From: a virus
Virus record (IMG/VR): IMGVR_UViG_3300045988_090210
Direction: 5' to 3' (one strand)
Length of the DNA: 64,000 nt
The notes beneath the pieces are model-generated. The model was not told the DNA's origin. It made no database searches and was given only the letters and a program-made list of their open reading frames with translations. The translations under genes and the position numbers were made by a program. Positions 45,266 to 54,082 of the stretch are shown piece by piece. The first letter of the stretch is position 1, and the number at the start of each line of letters is the position of its first letter.

Positions 45266-45305
45266 TAGGGAACTTAGACAGAGTAAAATCCATCTAAGTT
45301 CCCTA
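45266..45305. terminator. Bidirectional terminator hairpin between the convergent early and late blocks
   Basis: A 12-bp stem pairs TAGGGAACTTAG with CTAAGTTCCCTA. Confidence 0.7.
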
Positions 45306-45330
45306 TAGTTATATATTAGATAGTTATATA

Positions 45331-45861
45331 TTAGCCACCAGCGGCCTCAAGTGTAATCTCAACAGTCTGGTCGCTATTGTTCACAACAGTCTGAGTCTTG
45401 GTAGTATACCCAGTCTTGCTTACGGTCAGAGTATAGCTATCACCAAGGCCAGAGAGTAGGAAAGTATTGGTTGTGCCAGTGATAGGAGCAATCTCAGCAC
45501 TATCAACGTCAGTTACTTTAATAGTAGCATCAGCAGGGGTGGCATTGATAGTTAGTAGAAAACCGTCTTGTAGGCTTACAACGCCCTTATTCAGCTTAAA
45601 GAAACGGCCATCAAGACCAACGCCACAGTTACCCTTAGCAATAACAGCTTCACCAACACCATTACCTTCACTATTATGTAGGGTTACAACCTTACTGTCC
45701 CCAACTTTAACAACAGTAAACAAGTCACCGTCCCAAAGCTGGCCACAAGTAGACACAGCATCTTCAATATTCACACTGTCAGCAGTTGCATCACAAATAA
45801 CGCCATTGATTACTTTCAAAGTAATGCCATCAAGTTTAATACCACCACAAAATTTAGCCAT
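45331..45861 (-). CDS. Hypothetical protein with a beta-rich (PEGA-like) C-terminal domain
   Basis: ORF with an AAAGGAAG ribosome-binding site. It is the last gene of the late block. Confidence 0.5.
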   Translation of the reverse strand: MAKFCGGIKLDGITLKVINGVICDATADSVNIEDAVSTCGQLWDGDLFTVVKVGDSKVVTLHNSEGNGVGEAVIAKGNCGVGLDGRFFKLNKGVVSLQDGFLLTINATPADATIKVTDVDSAEIAPITGTTNTFLLSGLGDSYTLTVSKTGYTTKTQTVVNNSDQTVEITLEAAGG

Positions 45862-45882
45862 ATATCATCTTCCTTTTTATTG

Positions 45883-46103
45883 TTAAATTTTATTAACCCA
45901 AGCTAAAGCTTCATTAACAACACCTAAAACCTTACCATTGTCCACTTCAGTAAACGTAGGTAAAATAGCATCTATATAACTCTTGATCACAGCTTCATTA
46001 GCATCACTGGGGTACCAGTTAATTTTAACTTACCCACCATAGTACCACCAAATTTAAGAATAGCACTAGCCTGAATAGCACCTGTCTTGCCATCTACATT
46101 ATA
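45883..46103 (-). pseudogene. Frameshifted, start-less remnant of a tail-fibre C-terminus
   Basis: Minus-strand translation gives NVDGKTGAIQASAILKFGGTMVGKLKLTGTP. After a 1-nt frame change near 46010-46015 it continues SDANEAVIKSYIDAILPTFTEVDNGKVLGV. There is no start codon or ribosome-binding site. Confidence 0.5.
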
Positions 46104-46123
46104 AATATAAAAATTAGATTATA

Positions 46124-46501
46124 TTAACCCTCTAAAATATCCTTTAATTTTGTATAAGCGTCTTTAACATATTTAGTAGTCGCCACTACAAACGCCGTAA
46201 TAATTACAATGCTATCCAATACTTGCATAGTTTCTTCTGCAATATCAATTCCTACGTAAACCATGTAAATAGGTAGTGTACTTATAACAATAGAAAGCAA
46301 ACCAATGCCAACGCCAAGGACAATAAATTTAATCAGGCTTTGCCCAACCAACTTCCAATCAAAATCATATCCTTCAATCTTAACACTGCGCCAAGCACCA
46401 AGACAAATATTAGACAAATATGCGCCTAAAAACAATACAACACCAATACCAACTTTTTCAAGATTATCTATAATAATAGTCATAATATTCATTTTATGCA
46501 C
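46124..46501 (-). CDS. Holin
   Basis: 125 aa with three or four hydrophobic segments and a charged C-terminus, immediately downstream of the endolysin gene. Confidence 0.6.
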   Translation of the reverse strand: MHKMNIMTIIIDNLEKVGIGVVLFLGAYLSNICLGAWRSVKIEGYDFDWKLVGQSLIKFIVLGVGIGLLSIVISTLPIYMVYVGIDIAEETMQVLDSIVIITAFVVATTKYVKDAYTKLKDILEG

Positions 46502-46502
46502 C

Positions 46503-48131
46503 TCATTTTAATAGATTTAATCTATACAATACAACTGCAAGTTGCCTACGAGTAACAGCACCGGTTGGATTAGTACCATCAAAGATACCCATATCACAAG
46601 CCTTATCCCATGCTAGTTCAAGTTCACCTTGAGCATCGGTCTTATCATTAGGCGTTTCAACAATATCATCGCTGGCATTATAAGGTAATATACCCGTGTT
46701 CACATACTTTATCACGTCTTCTCTAAAATCATCCATTGACTTACCATGTTTAGGCCACCAATGCCCCACATCAGCATGAGCACTAGCAATTCCCTTAATA
46801 TGTCCTTCTGCGTGTGAAAGCACAGTATTATTATCTATAGTTTTTTGCCCCAATTTATTTAATATATAAGCGCATGTAAACACTGCCTTACGATAAACAT
46901 TTTCAAAATAAGCTTGGTTTTCTTTTACATTATAAAGTAAATAAGACCCTTTACGCTTCTGCAAGGCATGGAGAGTACCAAGACCAACAATACCATCAGC
47001 CGTCAACCCTAGTTTCTTTTGAAATGCTAAAACAGCATTTTTTGTACCAGATCCAAAAATACCATCGATACCATTAGGATTATGCCCCCAAGCTTGTAAC
47101 TCCTGTTGAAGCAACTTTACAGCATAAATAGTATTATTAGAACTACCTTGGCTCAAATTCTTCCAGTTTACGTCAAGCAATCGAGTATTTAGAGGTTCAC
47201 ATACTTCACATCCAACATGAGTACTATTTCCCGTACCACCACAATGCCATGTTCGGATACCAATTGGCATCATTTGATAAATACCAGTATCGTCAATAAT
47301 AAATTCTGTTTCAGCCGCTGCACTTGTGCTATTCCAAGTTTTAATAAAAGCAGATGCTTTAGCGCCCGGCGTGCCTGTACTATGTTGCATATATCCAGTC
47401 TTAATCTTTTTCTCTTGTTTTTTATATCTAGGGTTATTTGTTAAAAAGGCTGGTTGAATAGTAAATCCTGTGTCTGTGGTAATAGTAGTCTCCTCCTGTT
47501 TTGGATCGGTCGTAGGCTGAGTAGTGATTTCATTACCTTTTTTTAAATATACTAAAATTAAATTCTGTGACTTGGAAATACCTTGCATCGTAGTCCCATC
47601 GCTATAAAAATTAACCTTACCTCCACCGTCACCCATGATAAATTCCGTCACGCCTTTGGCAAACATATAGTCTCTTAATTTTTCAGGCGTTTTAGCATCG
47701 GATGTTCCATCTTTACTTGCATACAATACCAAATTCTTACCTTTAATACCAATCCCCGTTCGGCCTCTCACCCCACCAACATCTTTATTATAAATAACAA
47801 GATTATTAGGATAAGCAGACCCATTCGCAATTAATGTGCAGCAAGTATAATAATTATCATATCCATCAGCTTCAGTGGGAATTCTACATTGACCAAAATC
47901 ATCAGGAGTGTTCCATCTAAAACCTCTACATACATATGGCGCAGACACTAAAACAACACCATCTTTTTTTAATGGACAAGTGGCTTTCCAAGACGTATTA
48001 TAAAAATTGCCTGTTACAGCATAATCACAACCAGTTTGCTTTACAATTTGTGATAAAGATAGCTTTTTAGAGTTGATATAAACTTCAATCTTTTTAATTT
48101 TATTAAAAGGAATATAAGAAATTCTTTCCAT
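46503..48131 (-). CDS. Multidomain endolysin
   Basis: Four parts are recognisable. A GDGGG-containing domain resembles phosphodiester glycosidases. Amidase_2-like motifs are HSTGTPGAKA...WHCGG...GCEVCEP. A PG_binding_1-like repeat reads IDGIFGSGTKNAVLAFQKKLGLTADGIVG. The C-terminal tail VTRRQLAVVLYRL resembles an SLH domain. Confidence 0.75.
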   Translation of the reverse strand: MERISYIPFNKIKKIEVYINSKKLSLSQIVKQTGCDYAVTGNFYNTSWKATCPLKKDGVVLVSAPYVCRGFRWNTPDDFGQCRIPTEADGYDNYYTCCTLIANGSAYPNNLVIYNKDVGGVRGRTGIGIKGKNLVLYASKDGTSDAKTPEKLRDYMFAKGVTEFIMGDGGGKVNFYSDGTTMQGISKSQNLILVYLKKGNEITTQPTTDPKQEETTITTDTGFTIQPAFLTNNPRYKKQEKKIKTGYMQHSTGTPGAKASAFIKTWNSTSAAAETEFIIDDTGIYQMMPIGIRTWHCGGTGNSTHVGCEVCEPLNTRLLDVNWKNLSQGSSNNTIYAVKLLQQELQAWGHNPNGIDGIFGSGTKNAVLAFQKKLGLTADGIVGLGTLHALQKRKGSYLLYNVKENQAYFENVYRKAVFTCAYILNKLGQKTIDNNTVLSHAEGHIKGIASAHADVGHWWPKHGKSMDDFREDVIKYVNTGILPYNASDDIVETPNDKTDAQGELELAWDKACDMGIFDGTNPTGAVTRRQLAVVLYRLNLLK

Positions 48132-48152
48132 TCTTTCCCTCTTTTCATTTTT

Positions 48153-48183
48153 ATAAAAATATAGGGGCGCTTAGGCCCCTATA
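48153..48183 (-). terminator. Rho-independent terminator upstream of the lysis cassette
   Basis: On the minus strand, the ATAGGGGC ... GCCCCTAT stem is followed by a T-run. Confidence 0.6.
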
Positions 48184-48186
48184 TCT

Positions 48187-48507
48187 TTACCCAATATGAA
48201 CAGCTTTAACAGCATAACCATCCTGATTATAATGAATTTCATATTTGTTACCAGATACATATTGAGTCTGAACAGTATTTGCAAACTCAATCTTACGGCT
48301 CATATCTAAAGAACGTTGAACAGGATTGTTTTTCCCCTCGGAGGCCACAAAGCCTTCTTTCATCTCTTGTTCAGTCCAGCCACCTTCTTTACCTTCAACT
48401 AGACGAACATTGGATCCAGCGGCTTTTAATTCAGCATTAATTTGTTCATAGGTTTTTCCATCTTCCATGCCTTTACGAATAATATCTTCAATCTTATTAT
48501 TTTTCAT
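48187..48507 (-). CDS. Hypothetical protein
   Basis: ORF with a GGAGG ribosome-binding site. Confidence 0.5.
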   Translation of the reverse strand: MKNNKIEDIIRKGMEDGKTYEQINAELKAAGSNVRLVEGKEGGWTEQEMKEGFVASEGKNNPVQRSLDMSRKIEFANTVQTQYVSGNKYEIHYNQDGYAVKAVHIG

Positions 48508-48522
48508 AATGTTTTACCTCCA

Positions 48523-48681
48523 TTAGTTTTTTGTATCTTTTGCAGCCAACATTGCCACAAGCTCTTGATATTCCTCTGTAGTTAGTCTATCTGCCGCCAG
48601 ATAAACATCCATCTTCTCTTGGAGACCATTTGTGCGCCCTTTTTGAATAAGCAGTTTACAAAGATTAAATACAGATGCCAT
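48523..48681 (-). CDS. XkdX-like small protein (52 aa)
   Basis: An AAAGGAG ribosome-binding site is followed by MASVFNLCKLLIQKGRTNGLQEKMDVYLAADRLTTEEYQELVAML. It falls below the track cut-off. Confidence 0.45.
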   Translation of the reverse strand: MASVFNLCKLLIQKGRTNGLQEKMDVYLAADRLTTEEYQELVAMLAAKDTKN

Positions 48682-48711
48682 GATTAAACTCCTTTCACAT
48701 TAAAGCTATTT

Positions 48712-49002
48712 TTATGCATTCAATTCCAGCATACAGATCCGCTCTTCATGCTCTGCCATCAAATCAAGAGCAACATCTTCTGCTGTAGGCTCAGGCTCGG
48801 GTTCTGGTTCGGGTTCTGGAACAACGCCAGCTGTCATACTTGTGACGGTGTTTCCATCCAACTCAATCAAGACAAAGGGGAATGTCGCAGGAATCGGCAT
48901 AGTTTCAGGAATGACAGCCCAGCCTTCCGGTACGGTCTGAAAACTACCTGTTTGGTTTCTATGCGCTCCGTTTTCAAGCGCAGTAATCTCAATAATTTTC
49001 AT
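48712..49002 (-). CDS. Hypothetical protein with a (PE)5 linker
   Basis: ORF with a GGAGG ribosome-binding site and a PEPEPEPEPEP repeat. Confidence 0.5.
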   Translation of the reverse strand: MKIIEITALENGAHRNQTGSFQTVPEGWAVIPETMPIPATFPFVLIELDGNTVTSMTAGVVPEPEPEPEPEPTAEDVALDLMAEHEERICMLELNA

Positions 49003-49014
49003 GTACGCACCTCC

Positions 49015-50061
49015 TTAACCGAAAACAATATATCGATACGTAACATTTGAAGCGTTGCCCTGGGACTGCGGCCCATACGCTGCATTGTCCGTATCATTTG
49101 TGTACCAAGAAATAGATTTGCCATCGAATGTGCAGTACACCATATATCCGATTGTATGTGTGCCGGTTCCTACATAAGAAACGGTGTTACCATCGTTGAT
49201 TAGGAACATTCCGGCATTTCCTCCGGCTGTGATATATACAATCTTTGGGATGCAGTTAAACGTCAGGCTGTTCGGATTTGCCTCACCATAAGCACCAGTA
49301 CCCACATAACTTCCAATTTCTACACTACTTGCCACAGGTAATTTCTCAAAAGGCACCCCAATATATTCATACTCATACCCACCAGAAGAACCGCTATCTG
49401 GATATGCGTTTCTGTTGTTGGATTGCAAGTATTCCCAATCCGTGTATCCTTGGGTACCTACAGAAGAAACAACAGTAACGTTACCGGAGCTGAAATACAA
49501 GCTATACCTAGACGTATCTCTACCATACGCTGGAGTTGTAGCAAATTTATATACGGTAGAAGGATCTGTATATAGATTTGTTACATATTTTCCCGCCAGT
49601 GTTCCATCAACAGTGGTACCTCTGTTTGAATAGCTGACATCAACTGTTTGTGGATTAACAAGGCTAATTGTTCCGGTAGATTGATCAACAGAAATAGAAT
49701 CTGAATAATTGATTGGTCTAGTAGCAGACGTAGACCCAGGATTGTAAATAATATATACCTGTTTTGTGCTTGGTGATTCAGTTGTGGTATACACCGTGGT
49801 CGGCTGTCTTCTCCGCCACCAATACTGTGCATACTTTCCAAGGAATGCAAATACATCATCTGGGACTGCACTTGCACTTAACTGATATTTAGCCAAAGTA
49901 TCACTAGTTAACGTCTGTTCACTTGTAAAAACACCATCAACTTGTGTACCGATTGTTTTTGGGTATAAAGTGTCATAATCTGTACCGTTAAATTCTTTCA
50001 TAACGATATTCTTTTCAACTGCCAAAAAATTCCACTCCTTTACTCTATAATTTGAAACCAA
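49015..50061 (-). CDS. Tail fibre / receptor-binding candidate
   Basis: Beta-rich and S/T/G/Y-rich protein in the distal tail module. The start is uncertain: alternatives are TTG at 50025 after AAGGAG, or ATG at 50001. Confidence 0.45.
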   Translation of the reverse strand: MVSNYRVKEWNFLAVEKNIVMKEFNGTDYDTLYPKTIGTQVDGVFTSEQTLTSDTLAKYQLSASAVPDDVFAFLGKYAQYWWRRRQPTTVYTTTESPSTKQVYIIYNPGSTSATRPINYSDSISVDQSTGTISLVNPQTVDVSYSNRGTTVDGTLAGKYVTNLYTDPSTVYKFATTPAYGRDTSRYSLYFSSGNVTVVSSVGTQGYTDWEYLQSNNRNAYPDSGSSGGYEYEYIGVPFEKLPVASSVEIGSYVGTGAYGEANPNSLTFNCIPKIVYITAGGNAGMFLINDGNTVSYVGTGTHTIGYMVYCTFDGKSISWYTNDTDNAAYGPQSQGNASNVTYRYIVFG

Positions 50062-50315
50062 ACCTCACCAACATTTTGAGAAGGTTGTGCTGTTTGGCAA
50101 GGAATTTTATCAGTTTTAAAATTTGGATCGTTTAATCCTTCAACTTGCGTAATAAAATTTGTTAAATCATTAAGATTTGTTGCTGTTAAAGACTTTAATG
50201 CAAGTTGAGTTTTTTTAAGCAAAGCAACAGCTTCTGCATAATTACCAGCCTGATATAAAGTTTGAAATTGTGTCCATTTATCTTTATCTTCTAAATGAAT
50301 ATCTTGATATTTCAT
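50040..50315 (-). CDS. Small tail-module protein ending ...QPSQNVGEVWFQIIE
   Basis: Its C-terminal motif is shared with the products of 50326..50640 and 54083..56218. Confidence 0.5.
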   Translation of the reverse strand: MKYQDIHLEDKDKWTQFQTLYQAGNYAEAVALLKKTQLALKSLTATNLNDLTNFITQVEGLNDPNFKTDKIPCQTAQPSQNVGEVWFQIIE

Positions 50316-50325
50316 ATATTACCTC

Positions 50326-50640
50326 TTATCCTGTAACTTGAAACCAAAAATCAGATTTTTCTTGGTTAACAGGTTGAGTTTCTGATACAACATAAGCAGG
50401 AGAATAACGCGCCCCAAAATATTTTTGTACAGCAATTACAGTATCATTTATTGTATTGAGATAATCAGCGGTTACAATCTTATTCTGATTGTTAGGAATT
50501 TGAGCAAGAATCTGTTGAGCAAGAGACAAATTACCAACTTGCATAGCATTTTGATATTGTTGAACTAATATTGCGTCTTGTGCTGTAATATCTTGCATTT
50601 GAGGAAAATTTTGAATCTGGTTTGGGAAAGATGTTGCCAC
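50326..50640 (-). CDS. Small tail-module protein ending ...QPVNQEKSDFWFQVTG
   Basis: It looks like a paralogue of 50040..50315. Confidence 0.5.
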   Translation of the reverse strand: MATSFPNQIQNFPQMQDITAQDAILVQQYQNAMQVGNLSLAQQILAQIPNNQNKIVTADYLNTINDTVIAVQKYFGARYSPAYVVSETQPVNQEKSDFWFQVTG

Positions 50641-50654
50641 AGATTATCACCTCC

Positions 50655-52079
50655 TTAATAAATTGGATAATACGGATAAAAACTAATCATTGATACTGAC
50701 ATTGTTGAGCTAACACTACTATAATCCACAGAGTAAGACTTGACAATGTATCTGTTTTGTATTGTACTATCTTTGGGGGCATGAGATACAACGATATTTA
50801 CATCTATCCAAGGGATAGGGATAATGTCAAGTGTAAGACTATCATTTAGTCGACATTTCCAATAGATCTCAACTTTAGCCCTTTCCAACGCCAATTCATC
50901 AGATATAATATTGTCATACTCTCCCCCGCACAGCACCTGTCTAATCACCCCAACCGACCCATTCACATAAAATGGGCTATCAGGGTTTTCATCTTTCCAT
51001 GTGGCCTTAGCTTGTTGGTGACCCAAGAACAACCATGTTCCATTGGCCTGATACTGTGCAACGTAATACACATTATTTTGTAATGAAGTAATGTGCGCCC
51101 CGTTAGAATCAACCAAATCCTTAGCCCCAAACGAATTAATGGCCAGTTGTATATTACCAGATACAGCACTATTAGGAGTGAATCCTATAATGTCATATTC
51201 GTTGAGTTCTGTCAACTTGGCAATGGTCATAGTAATCACGGCCCCAGACACGCTAATTTCAGATGGGTAATACTCAGGATTGTGGGTTCGGCCATACACC
51301 TCAATGTAATTCTTTACACTGGCAAAATCGGTGCTAACGTTCTCCCCAACCAACACACTCTCCCAAATGTCATCGTCAATCATAACAGGCTCATCTTTCC
51401 CAGAGGGGATAAGCTCATAGTGAAACACGCCATCTACATCAAAGTAAATCTGATATTGGGGTAGAATGTCCCGCAAGGCCGACAGTATATCAAATACATA
51501 ACCGCCTTGGTCAATCTCTATATCGTAAGGAACAGCCTGTACCGTACCATCTTTGTTCTTGCACTCACTAACGATGTACTTACTAAACCCACCCAACTTG
51601 AGCGTTGCAATCATGGCCTCACGCACAGACTCTCCCTTCTTAATAACAGTAGGAATACCCTCAAGTTGACCATTTCTGGCCCCAGTCAGCTTAGACATCA
51701 AATCAAGGCCAGAGAAGGACAGGGTATTATTAGTTGCATCGTATTGCCAAGTGGGTGTATCAATCAGATAAATTCCTTGATTATACCATTGAATTTCGTC
51801 CGTATAAATGTTCTTGAGGCCGATATATACTTGTATATACCTGTCTAAGAAAATGCGTCCTCCGGGCTGAATATCAAATGTTTTATTAACCGCTACAAGG
51901 CTCACATTACAACTGCGCCTCAAATCACTATCAGCGTCACACTGAATAGAGCAAGACAGCATATTACCGCTAACCTCATCTACCGTCCTATACTGAAAAT
52001 CAAGCAAATTGAGCTTAATATACCGCTCTACATTGCGTTGTTTGATGATATTATAATCATTCTGAGTGATGTTTAACAT
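50655..52079 (-). CDS. Baseplate / minor structural protein
   Basis: 474 aa, assigned by position in the distal-tail block. No diagnostic motif was recognised. Confidence 0.4.
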   Translation of the reverse strand: MLNITQNDYNIIKQRNVERYIKLNLLDFQYRTVDEVSGNMLSCSIQCDADSDLRRSCNVSLVAVNKTFDIQPGGRIFLDRYIQVYIGLKNIYTDEIQWYNQGIYLIDTPTWQYDATNNTLSFSGLDLMSKLTGARNGQLEGIPTVIKKGESVREAMIATLKLGGFSKYIVSECKNKDGTVQAVPYDIEIDQGGYVFDILSALRDILPQYQIYFDVDGVFHYELIPSGKDEPVMIDDDIWESVLVGENVSTDFASVKNYIEVYGRTHNPEYYPSEISVSGAVITMTIAKLTELNEYDIIGFTPNSAVSGNIQLAINSFGAKDLVDSNGAHITSLQNNVYYVAQYQANGTWLFLGHQQAKATWKDENPDSPFYVNGSVGVIRQVLCGGEYDNIISDELALERAKVEIYWKCRLNDSLTLDIIPIPWIDVNIVVSHAPKDSTIQNRYIVKSYSVDYSSVSSTMSVSMISFYPYYPIY

Positions 52080-52083
52080 ACCA

Positions 52084-52992
52084 TCACCTCTTTGTAGGAA
52101 TCAAGCCGTTTTCATACAGGTCGGTTTTATCGTTGGGGTCGCCGACCTCTGTCCATTCGGCGTTTACTTTAACCATACCTTGGCCATAATTGTTATCATA
52201 GCTCAAGGTGGGATTACCAGTAAAGTAAACAAGCCAATTATTGCCATTCATGTCCTTGATGATTTTGGGTTTCTTGTTCAACAAGAATTTAAGCAAAGCC
52301 TCTTTTTCTTTAGTTATATCCACTCTATTTAGTTGCCGATTATTATCAAAATCATCAGGCAACACCCAACCACCAAATGTTCCCGTCTGATAGTTAATGA
52401 TACTATTACTTACTACCACTGGGTATTGGCGATTATAAGGTTGGAATACACCCACCTGTTGATTGGATGTGTTATTGTTATATTCAATTCCCGCATGGAA
52501 CTTGAACACAGTATCCACATCACATACAAACACACCCTCAAACTTGCTCAAGATAGACTCAATGATATAGCTACCCTCAACATCTTCCATAACAGGCACA
52601 AAGGCATATTCATACTCAGTATTATAGGCGTTTAAATTGTCGGTTACAATAAAACTCAAATCCTCTGGTTTTGAAACAGGAATTTGTTTAATAGTAATCC
52701 AATCAAATGTACCTTTAACACGGCGTTTAATACGAACAGATGTAATACCAGCAGTCATTTGCTCAACATTACCAGCAGATGCGTTTCCTTCAAAATCAGC
52801 ATTCATAATAGTATTAATATCCCAATCAGTAGGGACGATACTGCTGTAATCAAAAGCTACATTTCTTGTCACATTAAAATGGTCAAAAATGCCGTTTTGC
52901 AATCTTGTATTAGTAATGTTATTAATATTAGTAGGCGTTGGATCTACTGAGTTACTATCGCTACAAAAATTATATCCAATCAACCCAATCAA
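52084..52992 (-). CDS. Minor structural protein
   Basis: Assigned by position. Its start overlaps the upstream stop. Confidence 0.4.
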   Translation of the reverse strand: MIGLIGYNFCSDSNSVDPTPTNINNITNTRLQNGIFDHFNVTRNVAFDYSSIVPTDWDINTIMNADFEGNASAGNVEQMTAGITSVRIKRRVKGTFDWITIKQIPVSKPEDLSFIVTDNLNAYNTEYEYAFVPVMEDVEGSYIIESILSKFEGVFVCDVDTVFKFHAGIEYNNNTSNQQVGVFQPYNRQYPVVVSNSIINYQTGTFGGWVLPDDFDNNRQLNRVDITKEKEALLKFLLNKKPKIIKDMNGNNWLVYFTGNPTLSYDNNYGQGMVKVNAEWTEVGDPNDKTDLYENGLIPTKR

Positions 52993-54071
52993 ACCACAAC
53001 ACCTCGATTCTCAATTTTTAATTCATATAGATTGTCTACTCGCCTCAGCCAAGTAAACAGTTGTTCAGTATTCTCGGGCAGGGCGATATGCTGAGACTCA
53101 ATCGTATAAGCCCAAGTATCACCACTATGCCAAGCCCTCATCTCAAACCAACATTGTGTATCGTCAACACAATAAACAACAGTGATAATATCGCCATTGG
53201 CATTACTAAACCTAAAAATTTCTTTGTTAGGCCGATAATGCCGACCCCACAACCGCATCGTCCAGTTGCCATTTATCTCATACCCCTTAACCCATTTCAC
53301 ATAATTGCCATCAGCCCTCACATCAATTTCCTTGTTATCAATGTAAGTGGCAGGGTCAGGATTGGTCTCACCATCAATACCAATAATGTTAGATTCAATG
53401 GTAATATAACCACCCTTACAGTTGTTGGTTAAAAATAGAAAACTAAATACATTGGGTGCAATATAATTAGTTACAAAATTAATTTTACCAGTTGTAATTT
53501 GTGTGCCATTTGCAGTAACGCCAGTTGCTTCAATACTATAACTAGCCCTATCTTCCAAACCACTGAACAAATATGAAATTGTTAAAGGTAAAGTAGAGTC
53601 GGTGTTATACATTGTCCCTGATGTACTAATCAAAACGCCAGACGCACTATATAGATTAAACACATAGGCGTTTAGAGTCTCGCCTTGCTCCTGATTATAA
53701 GTCACATTAAAAGCAAAGCTACTATTAGTTACTACATTACCAGTCGGCATATTGCTGATAACAAACGTGGGTTGACTATAACAATAAAATTGAATAGGAG
53801 TAGATGGGCTTGATTCATTACCTTGAGCATCTTTTGTAGTTAATGTGGCTTGATAATACGTACCATTTGTTAGCGTATTGGCAGGTAAAATATGTTCAAA
53901 TTTAAATGTAGATTGAGTTTGTGAATACACAGTTGCTAATGTTGTGTTATTTTTTATTGTCAATGTATTTGCAACTACCTGAGAACCACCAACAACATTA
54001 AATGTGAATGTTTGTACTTGTGTAGCGTCAAACGCTGGAACATTATATAAAATAGGCGTAGTTAAACCCAT
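52989..54071 (-). CDS. Structural protein with FN3/Ig-like repeats
   Basis: Two beta-sandwich-like, T/S/N-rich segments. Confidence 0.4.
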   Translation of the reverse strand: MGLTTPILYNVPAFDATQVQTFTFNVVGGSQVVANTLTIKNNTTLATVYSQTQSTFKFEHILPANTLTNGTYYQATLTTKDAQGNESSPSTPIQFYCYSQPTFVISNMPTGNVVTNSSFAFNVTYNQEQGETLNAYVFNLYSASGVLISTSGTMYNTDSTLPLTISYLFSGLEDRASYSIEATGVTANGTQITTGKINFVTNYIAPNVFSFLFLTNNCKGGYITIESNIIGIDGETNPDPATYIDNKEIDVRADGNYVKWVKGYEINGNWTMRLWGRHYRPNKEIFRFSNANGDIITVVYCVDDTQCWFEMRAWHSGDTWAYTIESQHIALPENTEQLFTWLRRVDNLYELKIENRGVVV

Positions 54072-54082
54072 TTAATCACCCC

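Noticed and set aside
48780-48830. The repetitive CCAGAACC/CGAGCC DNA could be a tandem-repeat element.
   Set aside because: It simply encodes a (Pro-Glu)5 linker within ORF 48712..49002.
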